From: an uncultured Alphaproteobacteria bacterium
GTDB lineage: Bacteria; Pseudomonadota; Alphaproteobacteria; Bin95
Assembly: GCA_963807085.1 (NCBI GenBank)
Contig: CAWEBB010000032.1
Location: 168,451-232,450, forward strand
Direction: 5' to 3'
DNA length: 64,000 nt
Shown: positions 12,576 through 21,642 of the stretch, piece after piece
How the letters are laid out: every line of letters begins with the position of its first letter
How positions within the stretch are numbered: the stretch's first letter is position 1
Position numbers and translations under genes: made by a program
Notes under the pieces: model-generated
The model's input: only the letters and a program-made list of their open reading frames with translations
Database searches by the model: none
Told to the model about the DNA's origin: nothing

Positions 12576-14073
12576 GCGCGTCGGCACCGGCCACCTGCTG
12601 ACCCCGGATGAGATGGGGCGGGCGGATGCGCTCGCCATTGCGGGCGGCCAGCCGGGGCGGATGCTAATGGAGCGCGCCGGGCGGGCGATCGCCGACGCCA
12701 TCTGCGTGCGCTGGAAGGTACGGCCGGTGGCGGTGCTCTGCGGCCCCGGCAACAATGGCGGTGACGGCTTTGTGGTGGCGCGCCTGCTGGCCGAGCGCGG
12801 CTGGCCGGTGCGGCTCGGCCTGTTGGGCCGGCGCGAGGCGCTGAAGGGCGATGCAGCCCATCACGCCGCCCTGTGGGACGGGCCGGTGGAGCCGCTGTCG
12901 GCGGACCTGCTGCAAGGGGCCGGGCTGGCCGTGGATGCGCTGTTCGGCGCCGGCCTGAGCCGCCCGGTAGAGGGCTTGGCCGCGGACGTGTTGCGGGCGG
13001 TGCGCTCTCCGCTGGTGGCGGTCGATACGCCGAGCGGCGTCGATGGCGGCACGGGCGAGGTGAGGGGCTACGCGCCGCAAGCCTGCCTGACAGTGACCTT
13101 TTTCCGGCTGAAGCCAGGGCATCTGCTTTATCCGGGCCGCGGGCTATGCGGCGAGAGGCGCCTGGCGGACATCGGCATTCCGGCGCGTGTGCTGGACGAG
13201 ATCCGGCCGAAGACCTTCGAGAACACGCCGGGGTTCTGGCAGTTGCCGGCCCTGGTGGCGGAGACGCACAAATACCGGCGCGGCCACTGCGTGGTTTCGG
13301 CGGGCGCGATGGCGGGTGCGGCCCGGCTGTCGGCTCATGCGGCGCTGCGCGCCGGCGCTGGCTTGGTGAGTGTCACCGTGCGATCCCAGGACATGCCCTT
13401 GCTGGCAGGCGCACCGGCGGCGGTAATCCTGAGCCCTTGCCCGGACCTGCCAGCGTTCGCCCGGACGGTCACGGAGCCGCGGGTGGCGAGCCTGGTGATC
13501 GGCCCCGGGGCGGGCGCGGACGGCCGCACCCGACGGCGGGTGGAGGCGGCGCTCGCCACCGGCAAGCCCTCGGTAGTGGACGCCGATGCCCTGACCGCCT
13601 TCGCAGGCGAGCCGGGCCGGCTGTTCGCGGCAACGCGCAGCAACGCCAATGCCATTCTCACGCCGCACGAGGGGGAATTCGCCCGGATCTTTCCGGCGGT
13701 CCGCGGCGACAAGCTCTCCCGCGCCCGCGCTGCGGCGGCCGCCTCAGGCGCGGTCGTGCTGTTGAAGGGGCCGGACACCGTCATCGCCCGGCCGGAGGGT
13801 ACGGCGGCCATCAACACGAATGCACCGCCCTGGCTGGGAACGGCGGGCAGCGGCGATGTGCTGACCGGCATCATCGGCGGATTGCTCGCGCAGGGTATGG
13901 CCCCGTTCGAGGCTGCCTGTGCGGCCACATGGCTGCACGGCCGCGCCGCCCGGAATCAGGGCGCGGGCATGATCGCCGATGACCTGGCGGACGCCCTGCC
14001 GGATGTCCTGGCGGATCTCCTGTCGGCCGAGTTGCGCGCGACCGGCGCTGCGAGGCGCCGATCATCATTATAG
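12562..14073 (+). CDS. nnr: bifunctional NAD(P)H-hydrate epimerase / ADP-dependent NAD(P)HX dehydratase
   Basis: The YjeF-N domain shows 'VLCGPGNNGGDGFVVARLL'. The C-terminal carbohydrate-kinase-like YjeF-C domain shows 'GSGDVLTGIIGGLLAQG'. Confidence 0.8.
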   Translation: MAIIRRVGTGHLLTPDEMGRADALAIAGGQPGRMLMERAGRAIADAICVRWKVRPVAVLCGPGNNGGDGFVVARLLAERGWPVRLGLLGRREALKGDAAHHAALWDGPVEPLSADLLQGAGLAVDALFGAGLSRPVEGLAADVLRAVRSPLVAVDTPSGVDGGTGEVRGYAPQACLTVTFFRLKPGHLLYPGRGLCGERRLADIGIPARVLDEIRPKTFENTPGFWQLPALVAETHKYRRGHCVVSAGAMAGAARLSAHAALRAGAGLVSVTVRSQDMPLLAGAPAAVILSPCPDLPAFARTVTEPRVASLVIGPGAGADGRTRRRVEAALATGKPSVVDADALTAFAGEPGRLFAATRSNANAILTPHEGEFARIFPAVRGDKLSRARAAAAASGAVVLLKGPDTVIARPEGTAAINTNAPPWLGTAGSGDVLTGIIGGLLAQGMAPFEAACAATWLHGRAARNQGAGMIADDLADALPDVLADLLSAELRATGAARRRSSL

Positions 14074-14162
14074 GGATAATCCCCACGTCCCGGGGGCAGG
14101 CGGGTGCAACCGAAAGTGAATCGTTGTAACAATGGCAATCGCCCGCCTCACTGGAAGCACCC

Positions 14163-15941
14163 ATGGACCCTTTGCTGATCGGCCTCGTCTTCGCTTTCGG
14201 TTTGGGGGCGCGGCTGGTTCACCTGCCGCCACTGGTCGGCTTTCTGATGGCGGGCTTTGCCGCCCATGCCTTCGGCATCCAGGGGGGGGCGACGCTGGAT
14301 CTGGTGGCCGATCTGGGGGTGACGCTGCTGTTGTTCCTGATCGGTCTGGAACTGGATGTACGGCGGCTGTTGCGGCCGGAAGTGTGGGGTACCGCCACGT
14401 TGCACGCGGCGGCGACGACGCTGATCGGAGCCGGCGGCCTGTTGGGAGCGGCGGCCGTCGGTGTCACCACGCTGGCGGGCCTGGACTTGCGGGCGGCGCT
14501 GGTTCTGGGCTTTGCGCTGTCGTTTTCCTCCACCGTCTTTGCGATCAAGAATGTGGAGGACCGGGGCGAATGGGCCTCGCTGCATGCGCGAACGGCGATC
14601 GGCGTGCTCATCCTGCAGGACGTTTTTGCGGTTGTGTTCCTGACCTTTGCCGGCGGCAAGCTGCCAGAGCCATGGGCGATTGGACTGGTGATCGTGCTGG
14701 CTTTCCGGCCGGCGCTGCTCGCCGTTTTGAACCGGGTCGGACACGGCGAATTGCTGCTGCTGTTCGGCCTGTTCGCAGCACTGGGCCTTGGCGCGGGCAT
14801 TTTTGGCATGGCGGGGATCAAGCCCGATGTCGGCGCCCTGCTGCTGGGCGTGGTAATGGCGGGTCATCCCAAAGCGCGGGAGTTGGGGCACAGCCTGTTT
14901 CCGTTGAAAGACCTGTTGCTGATCGGCTTTTTCCTACAGATCGGCCTGCCCGGCTTTCCCAAATGGGATTATGTGCTGCTGGCAGTGGTGCTGGTGGCGG
15001 CCGTGTTTCTGAAAGGCTTTTTGTTTTTTCTGTTGTTTGCGCGATTCCGATTCCGCGTGCGCTCCTCGGTGCTGGGCGCTCTGGCGCTGACCAGCTACAG
15101 CGAGTTTGGCCTGATCGTCAGCGCGCTGGCGGTTGAGGCCGGCTGGCTGGACGCCCATTGGCCCGCGACCCTGGCCATTGCGGTGGCGCTCAGCTTTATT
15201 CTGGTGGCGCCGTTGCAGGAACGGGCGCATGGGGTGGATGTGCGGTCGGCCCGCTGGTTGACCCGGTTCGAGACCCGGCGCCGGCATACGGAGGAACGGG
15301 CGATCCTGTTCGGCGACGCCCGCATCGCCGTGCTGGGCATGGGGCGCGTCGGTACCGGCGCCTATGACGATCTGGTTAAGCAGTTCGGCGACATCGTGAT
15401 TGGCGTAGAGGCTGACGTCTTGCGGATTGCCGCGCATCGCGAGGCCGGCCGCAACGTGATCCAGGCTGACGTCACCGACCCCGCATTCTGGCATCGGCTG
15501 GAGCGGGTGGCGGTAGACCTGGTCCTGCTGTCCATGCCGGCCCACGACAGCAATATGTTCGCCGCTCAGATGCTGCGGGAAAGCAAGTATAACGGCAAGG
15601 TTGCGGCGATCGCCCGCTTCCCGGACGAGGTGAAGGCGCTGCAACAGGCGGGCGTTCACATCGCCTTCAATATGTACGGGGAGGCAGGAGCGGGCTTCGC
15701 CAGCCATGTGCGGGCCAATCTGCCGGCCGAGGAATATCCGGACACAGCACGCGCACTCGACCCTTGGCGTTTAAGGATTGGTGACCGCCGGGCGGATATC
15801 ATTCGTCGGCATCGGAATACCATACGATTGATTCAGCGGGCTGATCGGCGGAAAGCTCGGGGCGTAAAGCGCTCCGGTCAAGCCACTAGCCATTTTCGCA
15901 GATTTGTGCCAAAAACCGCCCCAAGATGCTTTGGGCCGTGA
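14163..15941 (+). CDS. Kef-type K+/H+ antiporter (CPA2) with C-terminal RCK/TrkA-N domain
   Basis: N-terminal membrane domain of about 13 TM segments ('MDPLLIGLVFAFGLGARLVHLPPLVGFLMAGF'). A Rossmann-type RCK region follows ('AVLGMGRVGTGAYDDL'). The true stop may be earlier than the ORF end. Confidence 0.75.
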   Translation: MDPLLIGLVFAFGLGARLVHLPPLVGFLMAGFAAHAFGIQGGATLDLVADLGVTLLLFLIGLELDVRRLLRPEVWGTATLHAAATTLIGAGGLLGAAAVGVTTLAGLDLRAALVLGFALSFSSTVFAIKNVEDRGEWASLHARTAIGVLILQDVFAVVFLTFAGGKLPEPWAIGLVIVLAFRPALLAVLNRVGHGELLLLFGLFAALGLGAGIFGMAGIKPDVGALLLGVVMAGHPKARELGHSLFPLKDLLLIGFFLQIGLPGFPKWDYVLLAVVLVAAVFLKGFLFFLLFARFRFRVRSSVLGALALTSYSEFGLIVSALAVEAGWLDAHWPATLAIAVALSFILVAPLQERAHGVDVRSARWLTRFETRRRHTEERAILFGDARIAVLGMGRVGTGAYDDLVKQFGDIVIGVEADVLRIAAHREAGRNVIQADVTDPAFWHRLERVAVDLVLLSMPAHDSNMFAAQMLRESKYNGKVAAIARFPDEVKALQQAGVHIAFNMYGEAGAGFASHVRANLPAEEYPDTARALDPWRLRIGDRRADIIRRHRNTIRLIQRADRRKARGVKRSGQATSHFRRFVPKTAPRCFGP

Positions 15942-15998
15942 GATTCGGCCCGGCGTCGGCAAAAGGTTGGCCTTAGTGCCCTAGCTTGGGAGGTTTGA

Positions 15999-17112
15999 AT
16001 GAAACATATCGTATCTTTAGCTCTTGGCGCCGCAATGGCGTTGGGCGTCAGCACGTCTGGGATGGCGGTCGAGCCGGTGAATATCCGGCTGGCGTCAGAC
16101 CACAACGGGCCGCCGCATCCGGCCGCCATAGCCGAGGAATTCTTCAAGCAGCGCGTGGAAGAGGCGATACCGGGCAGTAACGTGCGCATGTACTATGCCT
16201 CGTCGCTGTATAAGGTTCCCGGCGCAGTCGAAGCCATGACGAATGGCGATCTCGAAATGACCTGGGGCCAATTCGGCAAGACTGCGCAGGTTGATCCTTA
16301 TATGAGTGTTGTGGTCGGCCCGATGCTACTGACGACACCGGGTGCGATCGGCCAGTTCGACGAGTTCGAAACCTACAAGATGTTGGTCGACCGCTTCGAC
16401 AAGTTGCATGGCGTGAAGATTTTTGGTTCCGGCGATCTGAGCTACTTTATGGGTGCCGGCGCTGGCTCGCGTCTGCTGACCCCGGACGATTTCTCCGGCA
16501 AGAAGATCCGCTCCATGGGGCCGGCAGAGAATGCGGCTCTCAGCGCCTGGGGCGCGAACCCGACAACCATGGCGTTTGGCGACGTGCCGCCCGCCCTTGC
16601 AAACCGGGGTGATCGACGGCCTCCTGACCAGCCTGGGCGGTTTCCGCTCTACCCGTGATCAGGCGCCGTATTTTACGGTTGCCGGCATCAACGGCATTGT
16701 CGGCGACTATTACTGGATCGGCGCATCTAAGATCTGGTGGAATTCCCTCGACAAAGAGCAGCAGGACATCATCGAGAAAATCATCGTCGATGAGGTGCTG
16801 CCCTTCCAGCGCAAGGTCAACTGGTGCAACGACAAGTTCGTGCTGGATCAATACGGCACCGACGACCCCTCCAAGCCGGGTATCTACATCATGAAGCCGG
16901 AAGAGGCGCAGTTGCTGGCCGACAAGCTCGGCGATGCAACCCAGAAATGGGTCAAAGACAATACGCCGTCCGCCGCGAACGAGTGGGTTGACAAGTTCGT
17001 GGAGGAAGCCAAGGCCGCTTCCAAGGCCAATCCCGCCGACTCCGACTGGCTGAAGAACGTGGACTGCTCGGATGTGCAGCCCTGGTTCGACAAGTACACG
17101 AAGAAGAGCTAG
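15999..17112 (+). pseudogene. dctP: TRAP transporter substrate-binding protein DctP, one frameshift near 16595
   Basis: ORFs 15999..16658 and 16531..17112 together give a full DctP-family SBP with a signal peptide. They are joined at '...AFGDVPPAL|QTGVIDGLLTS', where an apparent extra G sits in 'cttGcaaacc'. Confidence 0.6.
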
Positions 17113-17136
17113 GCAGCCGCTCTTCTTCCTGATAGA

Positions 17137-17180
17137 GGCCGGCGCTTAACGGCAGCGCCGGCCGCTTTCCTGATTTTGTG
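17137..17180 (+). terminator. putative intrinsic terminator/attenuator between dctP and dctQM
   Basis: GGCCGGCGCT-taacggc-AGCGCCGGCC is a 10-bp GC stem, followed by 'GCTTTCCTGATTTTGTG'. Confidence 0.45.
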
Positions 17181-17256
17181 CAACTGTGTCCGCCCCGCTC
17201 TGCGCCCCCTTGCGCGAAGAGCACGGCGGTCTTTCAACGGGTAAGCGTGATCGACA

Positions 17257-17814
17257 ATGGAGATCGCTCTGGACCGCACCTATCGGGTGTACCGTTTCGT
17301 GCTGGATAACGTCGTCGGCCACGGCGCTGCGATTGTAATGCTGGCGAGCGTATTGCTGGCCATGTTCGAGATCATCCGCCGCTATATGTTCGGCGTTGTC
17401 TATGACTGGGGCCAGGACGCTGTCACGTATTTCACCGTCGGCGCCATCTTCCTCTATTTTGCGGTGACGCAAGCCCGCCGCTCGCATTTGGCGGTATCGG
17501 CCTTAATGGATTACCTGAGGGGCAAGGGCTTTGTCAGGTTCGTGCTGGTGGTGCGGCTTCTCATTACCCTTGGCTCGCTGATCCTCTACAGCGCGATTGT
17601 TTATTTCGGTTGGTCGACGATCGAGCGCAATCTGATGCTGGAGCGGACGACTCAGAGCATGGTGCTGCTGATTTGGCCGTTCCAGGCGGTGCTGATCATC
17701 GCGTTCGTCTTGATGGCGCTGACCTGCCTGTTCCAACTGTATCAGGACTTTCAGGCCGTGCGCGGCAAGACGGTTTTCGCCTGGGCGCCCGCCGAAGAAG
17801 GTCTCGATATCTAG
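17257..17814 (+). CDS. dctQ: TRAP transporter small permease DctQ
   Basis: 185 aa with 4 TM segments, lying between dctP and dctM. Confidence 0.7.
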   Translation: MEIALDRTYRVYRFVLDNVVGHGAAIVMLASVLLAMFEIIRRYMFGVVYDWGQDAVTYFTVGAIFLYFAVTQARRSHLAVSALMDYLRGKGFVRFVLVVRLLITLGSLILYSAIVYFGWSTIERNLMLERTTQSMVLLIWPFQAVLIIAFVLMALTCLFQLYQDFQAVRGKTVFAWAPAEEGLDI

Positions 17815-17879
17815 GGCGCAGCGGTCGCACGCGAAAATGAATAAGAACACCGAAAGAATTTTGAAGGGCGGGTAGCGTC

Positions 17880-19166
17880 ATGGGTTTTCTCGGTATTTCG
17901 ATGACGGCGCTGCTGGCGTTTGGTGCGCCGATCGGCGTCGCGTTGCTGGGCGCGGCCGCGCTCGTCATGATGAACGACGGCATGATGTCGATGGGAACGC
18001 TGTTCCGTTCGTTCTTCGACTTCACCAACAGCTACACGCTGATGGCCATTCCGTTCTTCATCTATGCCGGTTTTCTGATGGAAAAGACCGGTCTGATTTC
18101 CGGCCTGTTCCGCTTTGCCGATGCTTTGGTCGGCTGGCTGCCGGGCGGCTTTGCGTACGCCACCCTCATTGCCGCGGTGTTGTTCGGTGCGATCAGCGGC
18201 TCTTCGACCGCGATGGCGGCCGCGATGGGCGTGATCGCCTATCCGGAGATGATCCGGCGCGGCTATCCACAGTGGATGTCGGCGGGCGTGATCGCCTGCG
18301 GCGGCGGCATTGCCCTACTGATCCCCCCTTCCATTACCCTGATCCTGTTCGGCGTCTTGACCGAGGAGAACATCGTCGCGCTGTTCTTTGCCGGCGTCAC
18401 GCCCGGTCTGATGCTGGCATTGAGTGACGCGGTAATTATTCTCGGGGTCGCCTGGTACCTGAAACTACCCGCGGGCACGTTCAGTTGGCGCGAGCTGGCC
18501 CGTTCCATGTGGGTTGCGTGGCCGGCGTTGATGATGCCGGTCGTTATCCTGGGCGGCCTCTATGGCGGTGTGTTCACGCCGACGGAGGCGGGTGCGGCGG
18601 CCTGCGGCTATGCCATGCTCTATGGCGTGATCGCGAAGCGCGGCCAGTTCCTGAAGGATCTGCTGCCGGTCACCCAACGCGCGGTCAACCTGACCGCCAT
18701 CGTATTTTTCCTCGTCGGCTGTGTCGGCGTGTTCCAGTTCCTGCTGGCGAACAAGGGTTGGCCGCAGGATATGGCCGCCTGGGTCGGCAGCTTTGGCCTC
18801 TCCGCCTTCATGTTCCTGTTGTTGATGCTGGCGGTGCTGCTGTTCCTGTCCATGTTCCTAACCGGCGTTGCCATGCTGGTGCTGACGGTGCCGATCATCG
18901 CGCCGATTTCGATGGCGCTGGGCATCGATCCCATTCACCTGGGTATTCTGTTCGCGCTGGCCGTCGAGATGGGCGGCGTGATCCCGCCGGTGGGGCTGAA
19001 CCTGTTCGCCGTCAGCGGCACGACCGGGGTACCGCTGACGCAGGTGATGAAGGGGGCGATCCCGTTCCTGATTACCGACGGCATCGTGCTCGCACTGATC
19101 CTGTTCTATCCGGAACTGGCGTTGTGGCTGCCGGACGCCGCTGTGACTCCGGTTTTCGGCAGGTAA
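17880..19166 (+). CDS. dctM: TRAP transporter large permease DctM
   Basis: 428 aa with about 12 TM segments and typical DctM sequence ('MAIPFFIYAGFLMEKTGL'). Confidence 0.8.
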   Translation: MGFLGISMTALLAFGAPIGVALLGAAALVMMNDGMMSMGTLFRSFFDFTNSYTLMAIPFFIYAGFLMEKTGLISGLFRFADALVGWLPGGFAYATLIAAVLFGAISGSSTAMAAAMGVIAYPEMIRRGYPQWMSAGVIACGGGIALLIPPSITLILFGVLTEENIVALFFAGVTPGLMLALSDAVIILGVAWYLKLPAGTFSWRELARSMWVAWPALMMPVVILGGLYGGVFTPTEAGAAACGYAMLYGVIAKRGQFLKDLLPVTQRAVNLTAIVFFLVGCVGVFQFLLANKGWPQDMAAWVGSFGLSAFMFLLLMLAVLLFLSMFLTGVAMLVLTVPIIAPISMALGIDPIHLGILFALAVEMGGVIPPVGLNLFAVSGTTGVPLTQVMKGAIPFLITDGIVLALILFYPELALWLPDAAVTPVFGR

Positions 19167-19223
19167 GGCTGCCATTAAAAAAAAGAAAGCTGATGATGGT
19201 GCTATCCGCTTCACTCTGAGCCC

Positions 19224-19259
19224 GTCGAAGGGGGCGCCTTCTGGAATTGCCCCTTCGAC
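19224..19259. repeat. intergenic hairpin GTCGAAGGGG-(16 nt)-CCCCTTCGAC between convergent dctM and the acyl-CoA dehydrogenase gene
   Basis: 10-bp perfect inverted repeat. It has no adjacent T-run, so it is not a classical intrinsic terminator. Confidence 0.35.
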
Positions 19260-19307
19260 ATGCCGCTTTGCGGCTACTTGGGCCGAAACGAGTTGGGGAA
19301 AAGCCGC

Positions 19308-20474
19308 TTATCCGAACTGCCGGAGCGTGCGGCGGGAGATGACCATGCGGTGCACTTCGCTCGGCCCTTCATAGATCTTCATCAGCCGGGCGCGCTGCGC
19401 CATCAGTTGCAGGGGCAATTCCTTGGTCATGCCCATGGCGCCAAAGGCCTGCATAGCGTGGTCGATCACCTCGCCTACCATCTCCGTGGCATAGAGCTTG
19501 ATCATGCTGGCTTCGGTGCGCAGATCGGTAACACCGGCGTCCTGCTTTTCGGCGGCATCCAGCACCATCAGCTTGGTCGCATGGATCTTGGTGGCGGCGT
19601 CGGCGATCCACCACTGCACCGCCTGCTTGTCCGCCAGGCGCGAGCCAAAGGTGACGCGCTGCTGGGCGTGCTCACACATCATCTTGAGCGCCCGGTTCGC
19701 CATGCCGACGCACCACGCGCCCATCTGCAGGCGGCGGACGGTCAGGCGATGCTGCATCGGGGCGAAGCCATTGCCGACCTCGCCCAGCACCTGGCGCTCG
19801 TGCAGGCGCATGTCTTCGAATACCAGCTCATAGGTGCGGGCGCCGGCCAGCATTTTGATCTCACGCTCGATGGTGAAGCCGGGCGTATCCTTGTCGACAA
19901 TGAAGGCGGTGATGCCGCCGCGGGCCTTTTTCGCCAGATCCGTGACGGCCATGAGGATCATGAAGTCGGCCTTGGGCACCCGGCTGACCCAGATCTTGCG
20001 GCCGTTGATGACCCAATGGTCGCCGTCCTTGACCGCGCGCGTGCGCATTTCCGCCGGGTCGCCACCCGCGCCGGGCTCAGAGATGGCGATGGCCGAGCCG
20101 AAATCGCCCTTCACATAGGGGTCGAGATACTTGCGCCGCTGCTCTTCGTTCGCGACCTTCACCATCATGTGCATGTTGGGTGCGTCCGGCGGAAACACGA
20201 ACGGCACGGCGGTGCGGCCGAGCTCGAAATTCACGCCGACCAGCGCCAGGGCGGGCAGGTCCATGCCCCCCACTTCCTCCGGCGCGTCCAGCGCCCAAAG
20301 GCCCAGTTCCTTGCATTTGGCGAACAGTTTCGCCTCTTCTTCGGCCGACAGTCCGCCGACGCCGCCGGAGGCCTCGCGCTCCAGCACGTCTTTCTCCAGC
20401 GGCATCAGTTCCTGATCGACGAATTTCGCGACCAGGTCTTGGAGCATGCGGTGGTCTTCGGAGATTTCGGGCAT
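19308..20474 (-). CDS. acyl-CoA dehydrogenase
   Basis: 388 aa with the ACAD N-terminal, middle and C-terminal domains ('MPEISEDHRMLQDLVAKFVDQELMP'). Confidence 0.8.
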   Translation of the reverse strand: MPEISEDHRMLQDLVAKFVDQELMPLEKDVLEREASGGVGGLSAEEEAKLFAKCKELGLWALDAPEEVGGMDLPALALVGVNFELGRTAVPFVFPPDAPNMHMMVKVANEEQRRKYLDPYVKGDFGSAIAISEPGAGGDPAEMRTRAVKDGDHWVINGRKIWVSRVPKADFMILMAVTDLAKKARGGITAFIVDKDTPGFTIEREIKMLAGARTYELVFEDMRLHERQVLGEVGNGFAPMQHRLTVRRLQMGAWCVGMANRALKMMCEHAQQRVTFGSRLADKQAVQWWIADAATKIHATKLMVLDAAEKQDAGVTDLRTEASMIKLYATEMVGEVIDHAMQAFGAMGMTKELPLQLMAQRARLMKIYEGPSEVHRMVISRRTLRQFG

Positions 20475-20490
20475 TTTGTTGGTCCATTGG

Positions 20491-21102
20491 TTAGAAAACG
20501 AAACTTGGCCACGTCATCAGCTGCGGCTCTGACATGAGCAGGGGAATGCTATGGCTGAGGGCGACCGCCAGAAACGTTACAACAAAAACACAGAGCCCGG
20601 CGGCTGTCAGGTACATCGCCCAGCGCAATTTCCGCTCCCGCTCAATAGTCAGACGGAAAAAGCGCTCCTTGTATGGTTCGAAGTCAGCCTTGTCCGCGAT
20701 GCGGTCAAAGCGCAAATAGAAGACGGTAAGGCCCAGAAAGATTGCAGCAGCCAGCAGAAGAAAGACCAGGACGGCCATGAGCAGGAAGATGCCGGGCCAC
20801 CCGACAAGCGGCTGGCAGTTTGCCGCCGGTGCGGTGCCTGGCCGTAATGGCGGAATGGTTGTCGTCGCCTGACAGCCTTCTAGCGACCGCAGGATCTGAA
20901 ACACCAATACCGACATGAAACCGATGCCCAGCCCGTTTAGCCGCAAAATAGCGCCAATCTTGCTGTCGATGATATTCAAGCGGTCATAGAGGTATTTGAT
21001 ACCCCATTGTTCATTCTTGGCCCCGGTATCGGCCTGCAGAAAGGCATAGTGCGCCTTGTCTTGGGCAAGCTCAGAATCTTCGACCCAGAATCCCATATCC
21101 AT
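20491..21102 (-). CDS. hypothetical membrane protein (about 3 TM)
   Basis: ATG 'MDMGFWVEDSE' sits 6 nt after the cdd stop. Predicted hydrophobic helices are present. I recognise no family. Confidence 0.45.
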   Translation of the reverse strand: MDMGFWVEDSELAQDKAHYAFLQADTGAKNEQWGIKYLYDRLNIIDSKIGAILRLNGLGIGFMSVLVFQILRSLEGCQATTTIPPLRPGTAPAANCQPLVGWPGIFLLMAVLVFLLLAAAIFLGLTVFYLRFDRIADKADFEPYKERFFRLTIERERKLRWAMYLTAAGLCVFVVTFLAVALSHSIPLLMSEPQLMTWPSFVF

Positions 21103-21107
21103 CCCGG

Positions 21108-21551
21108 TCAAAAGGAAAAGGCGTGGGGCAGCAATTCGCGGGCGGGAACGGTGACCCAACCCTCCTCGCCAGCATGGAAGGTTACCGGCATGGCGGAATT
21201 GAACTCGACAAGGCGCTGTCGGCAAGCGCCGCAGGGCGTGCAAGGCTGTTGGATGCCGCCGCTCTCGGCATAGATCAGCGCAGCCACGGCCTTCAGGCGT
21301 TCCCCTTCCACCGTGCGCGCGGCCGCCAGCGCCGCCGTCTCGGCGCAAGAGCCAACAGGATAGGACGCATTCTCGATGTTGGCCCCGGCGTAAACCGCGC
21401 CGCTCTCGGCCTGTACGGCCGCGCCGACCTGAAAGCGGGAATAGGGGGTGTAGGCATTGCGGGCCGCACGGATAGCGGCCTGGAGTAACTCCTGGCTTAC
21501 CGGCGCAGGTCCATCAGGGCCGCGAACCGTCAGCCCGGCTTTTGCTGTCAT
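21108..21551 (-). CDS. cdd: cytidine deaminase
   Basis: 147 aa with zinc-ligand motifs 'SCAETAA' and 'PCGACRQ', matching the homotetrameric CDA type. Confidence 0.8.
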   Translation of the reverse strand: MTAKAGLTVRGPDGPAPVSQELLQAAIRAARNAYTPYSRFQVGAAVQAESGAVYAGANIENASYPVGSCAETAALAAARTVEGERLKAVAALIYAESGGIQQPCTPCGACRQRLVEFNSAMPVTFHAGEEGWVTVPARELLPHAFSF

Positions 21552-21642
21552 CGCGTGGTGTCCTCAAGCCATCCAGGTGCTGATGTTACCAATCCTTTCT
21601 CTGGAGCGATAGCGGGGAATGGGCGGGCGCTTGCAATGGCGC

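Noticed and set aside
11656-14073. tRNA-His (and likewise tRNA-Gly 26136..26210 and tRNA-Gln 49189..49260) as possible genomic-island integration sites
   Set aside because: There are no integrase, direct repeats of the tRNA 3' end, or compositional shift. The flanking genes (NUDIX, nnr, kef; OMP, tfdA; rrf2-suf) are housekeeping-type.
19175-19259. A-run (19175-19190) plus hairpin as a bidirectional intrinsic terminator between dctM and the acyl-CoA dehydrogenase gene
   Set aside because: The A/T run is about 33 nt away from the stem and no U-tract directly follows the hairpin on either strand, so I call it a REP-like hairpin instead.
20491-21102. SLATT/DUF4231-like 2-TM effector domain assignment for the membrane protein next to cdd
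   Set aside because: There appear to be three hydrophobic segments, and I cannot match conserved SLATT motifs from memory, so it stays a hypothetical membrane protein.
21108-21551. Cytidine deaminase as a possible anti-phage deaminase effector
   Set aside because: Its size (147 aa), CAE and PCGAC zinc motifs, and neighbourhood (ftsH, acyl-CoA dehydrogenase) all fit ordinary pyrimidine-salvage cdd.
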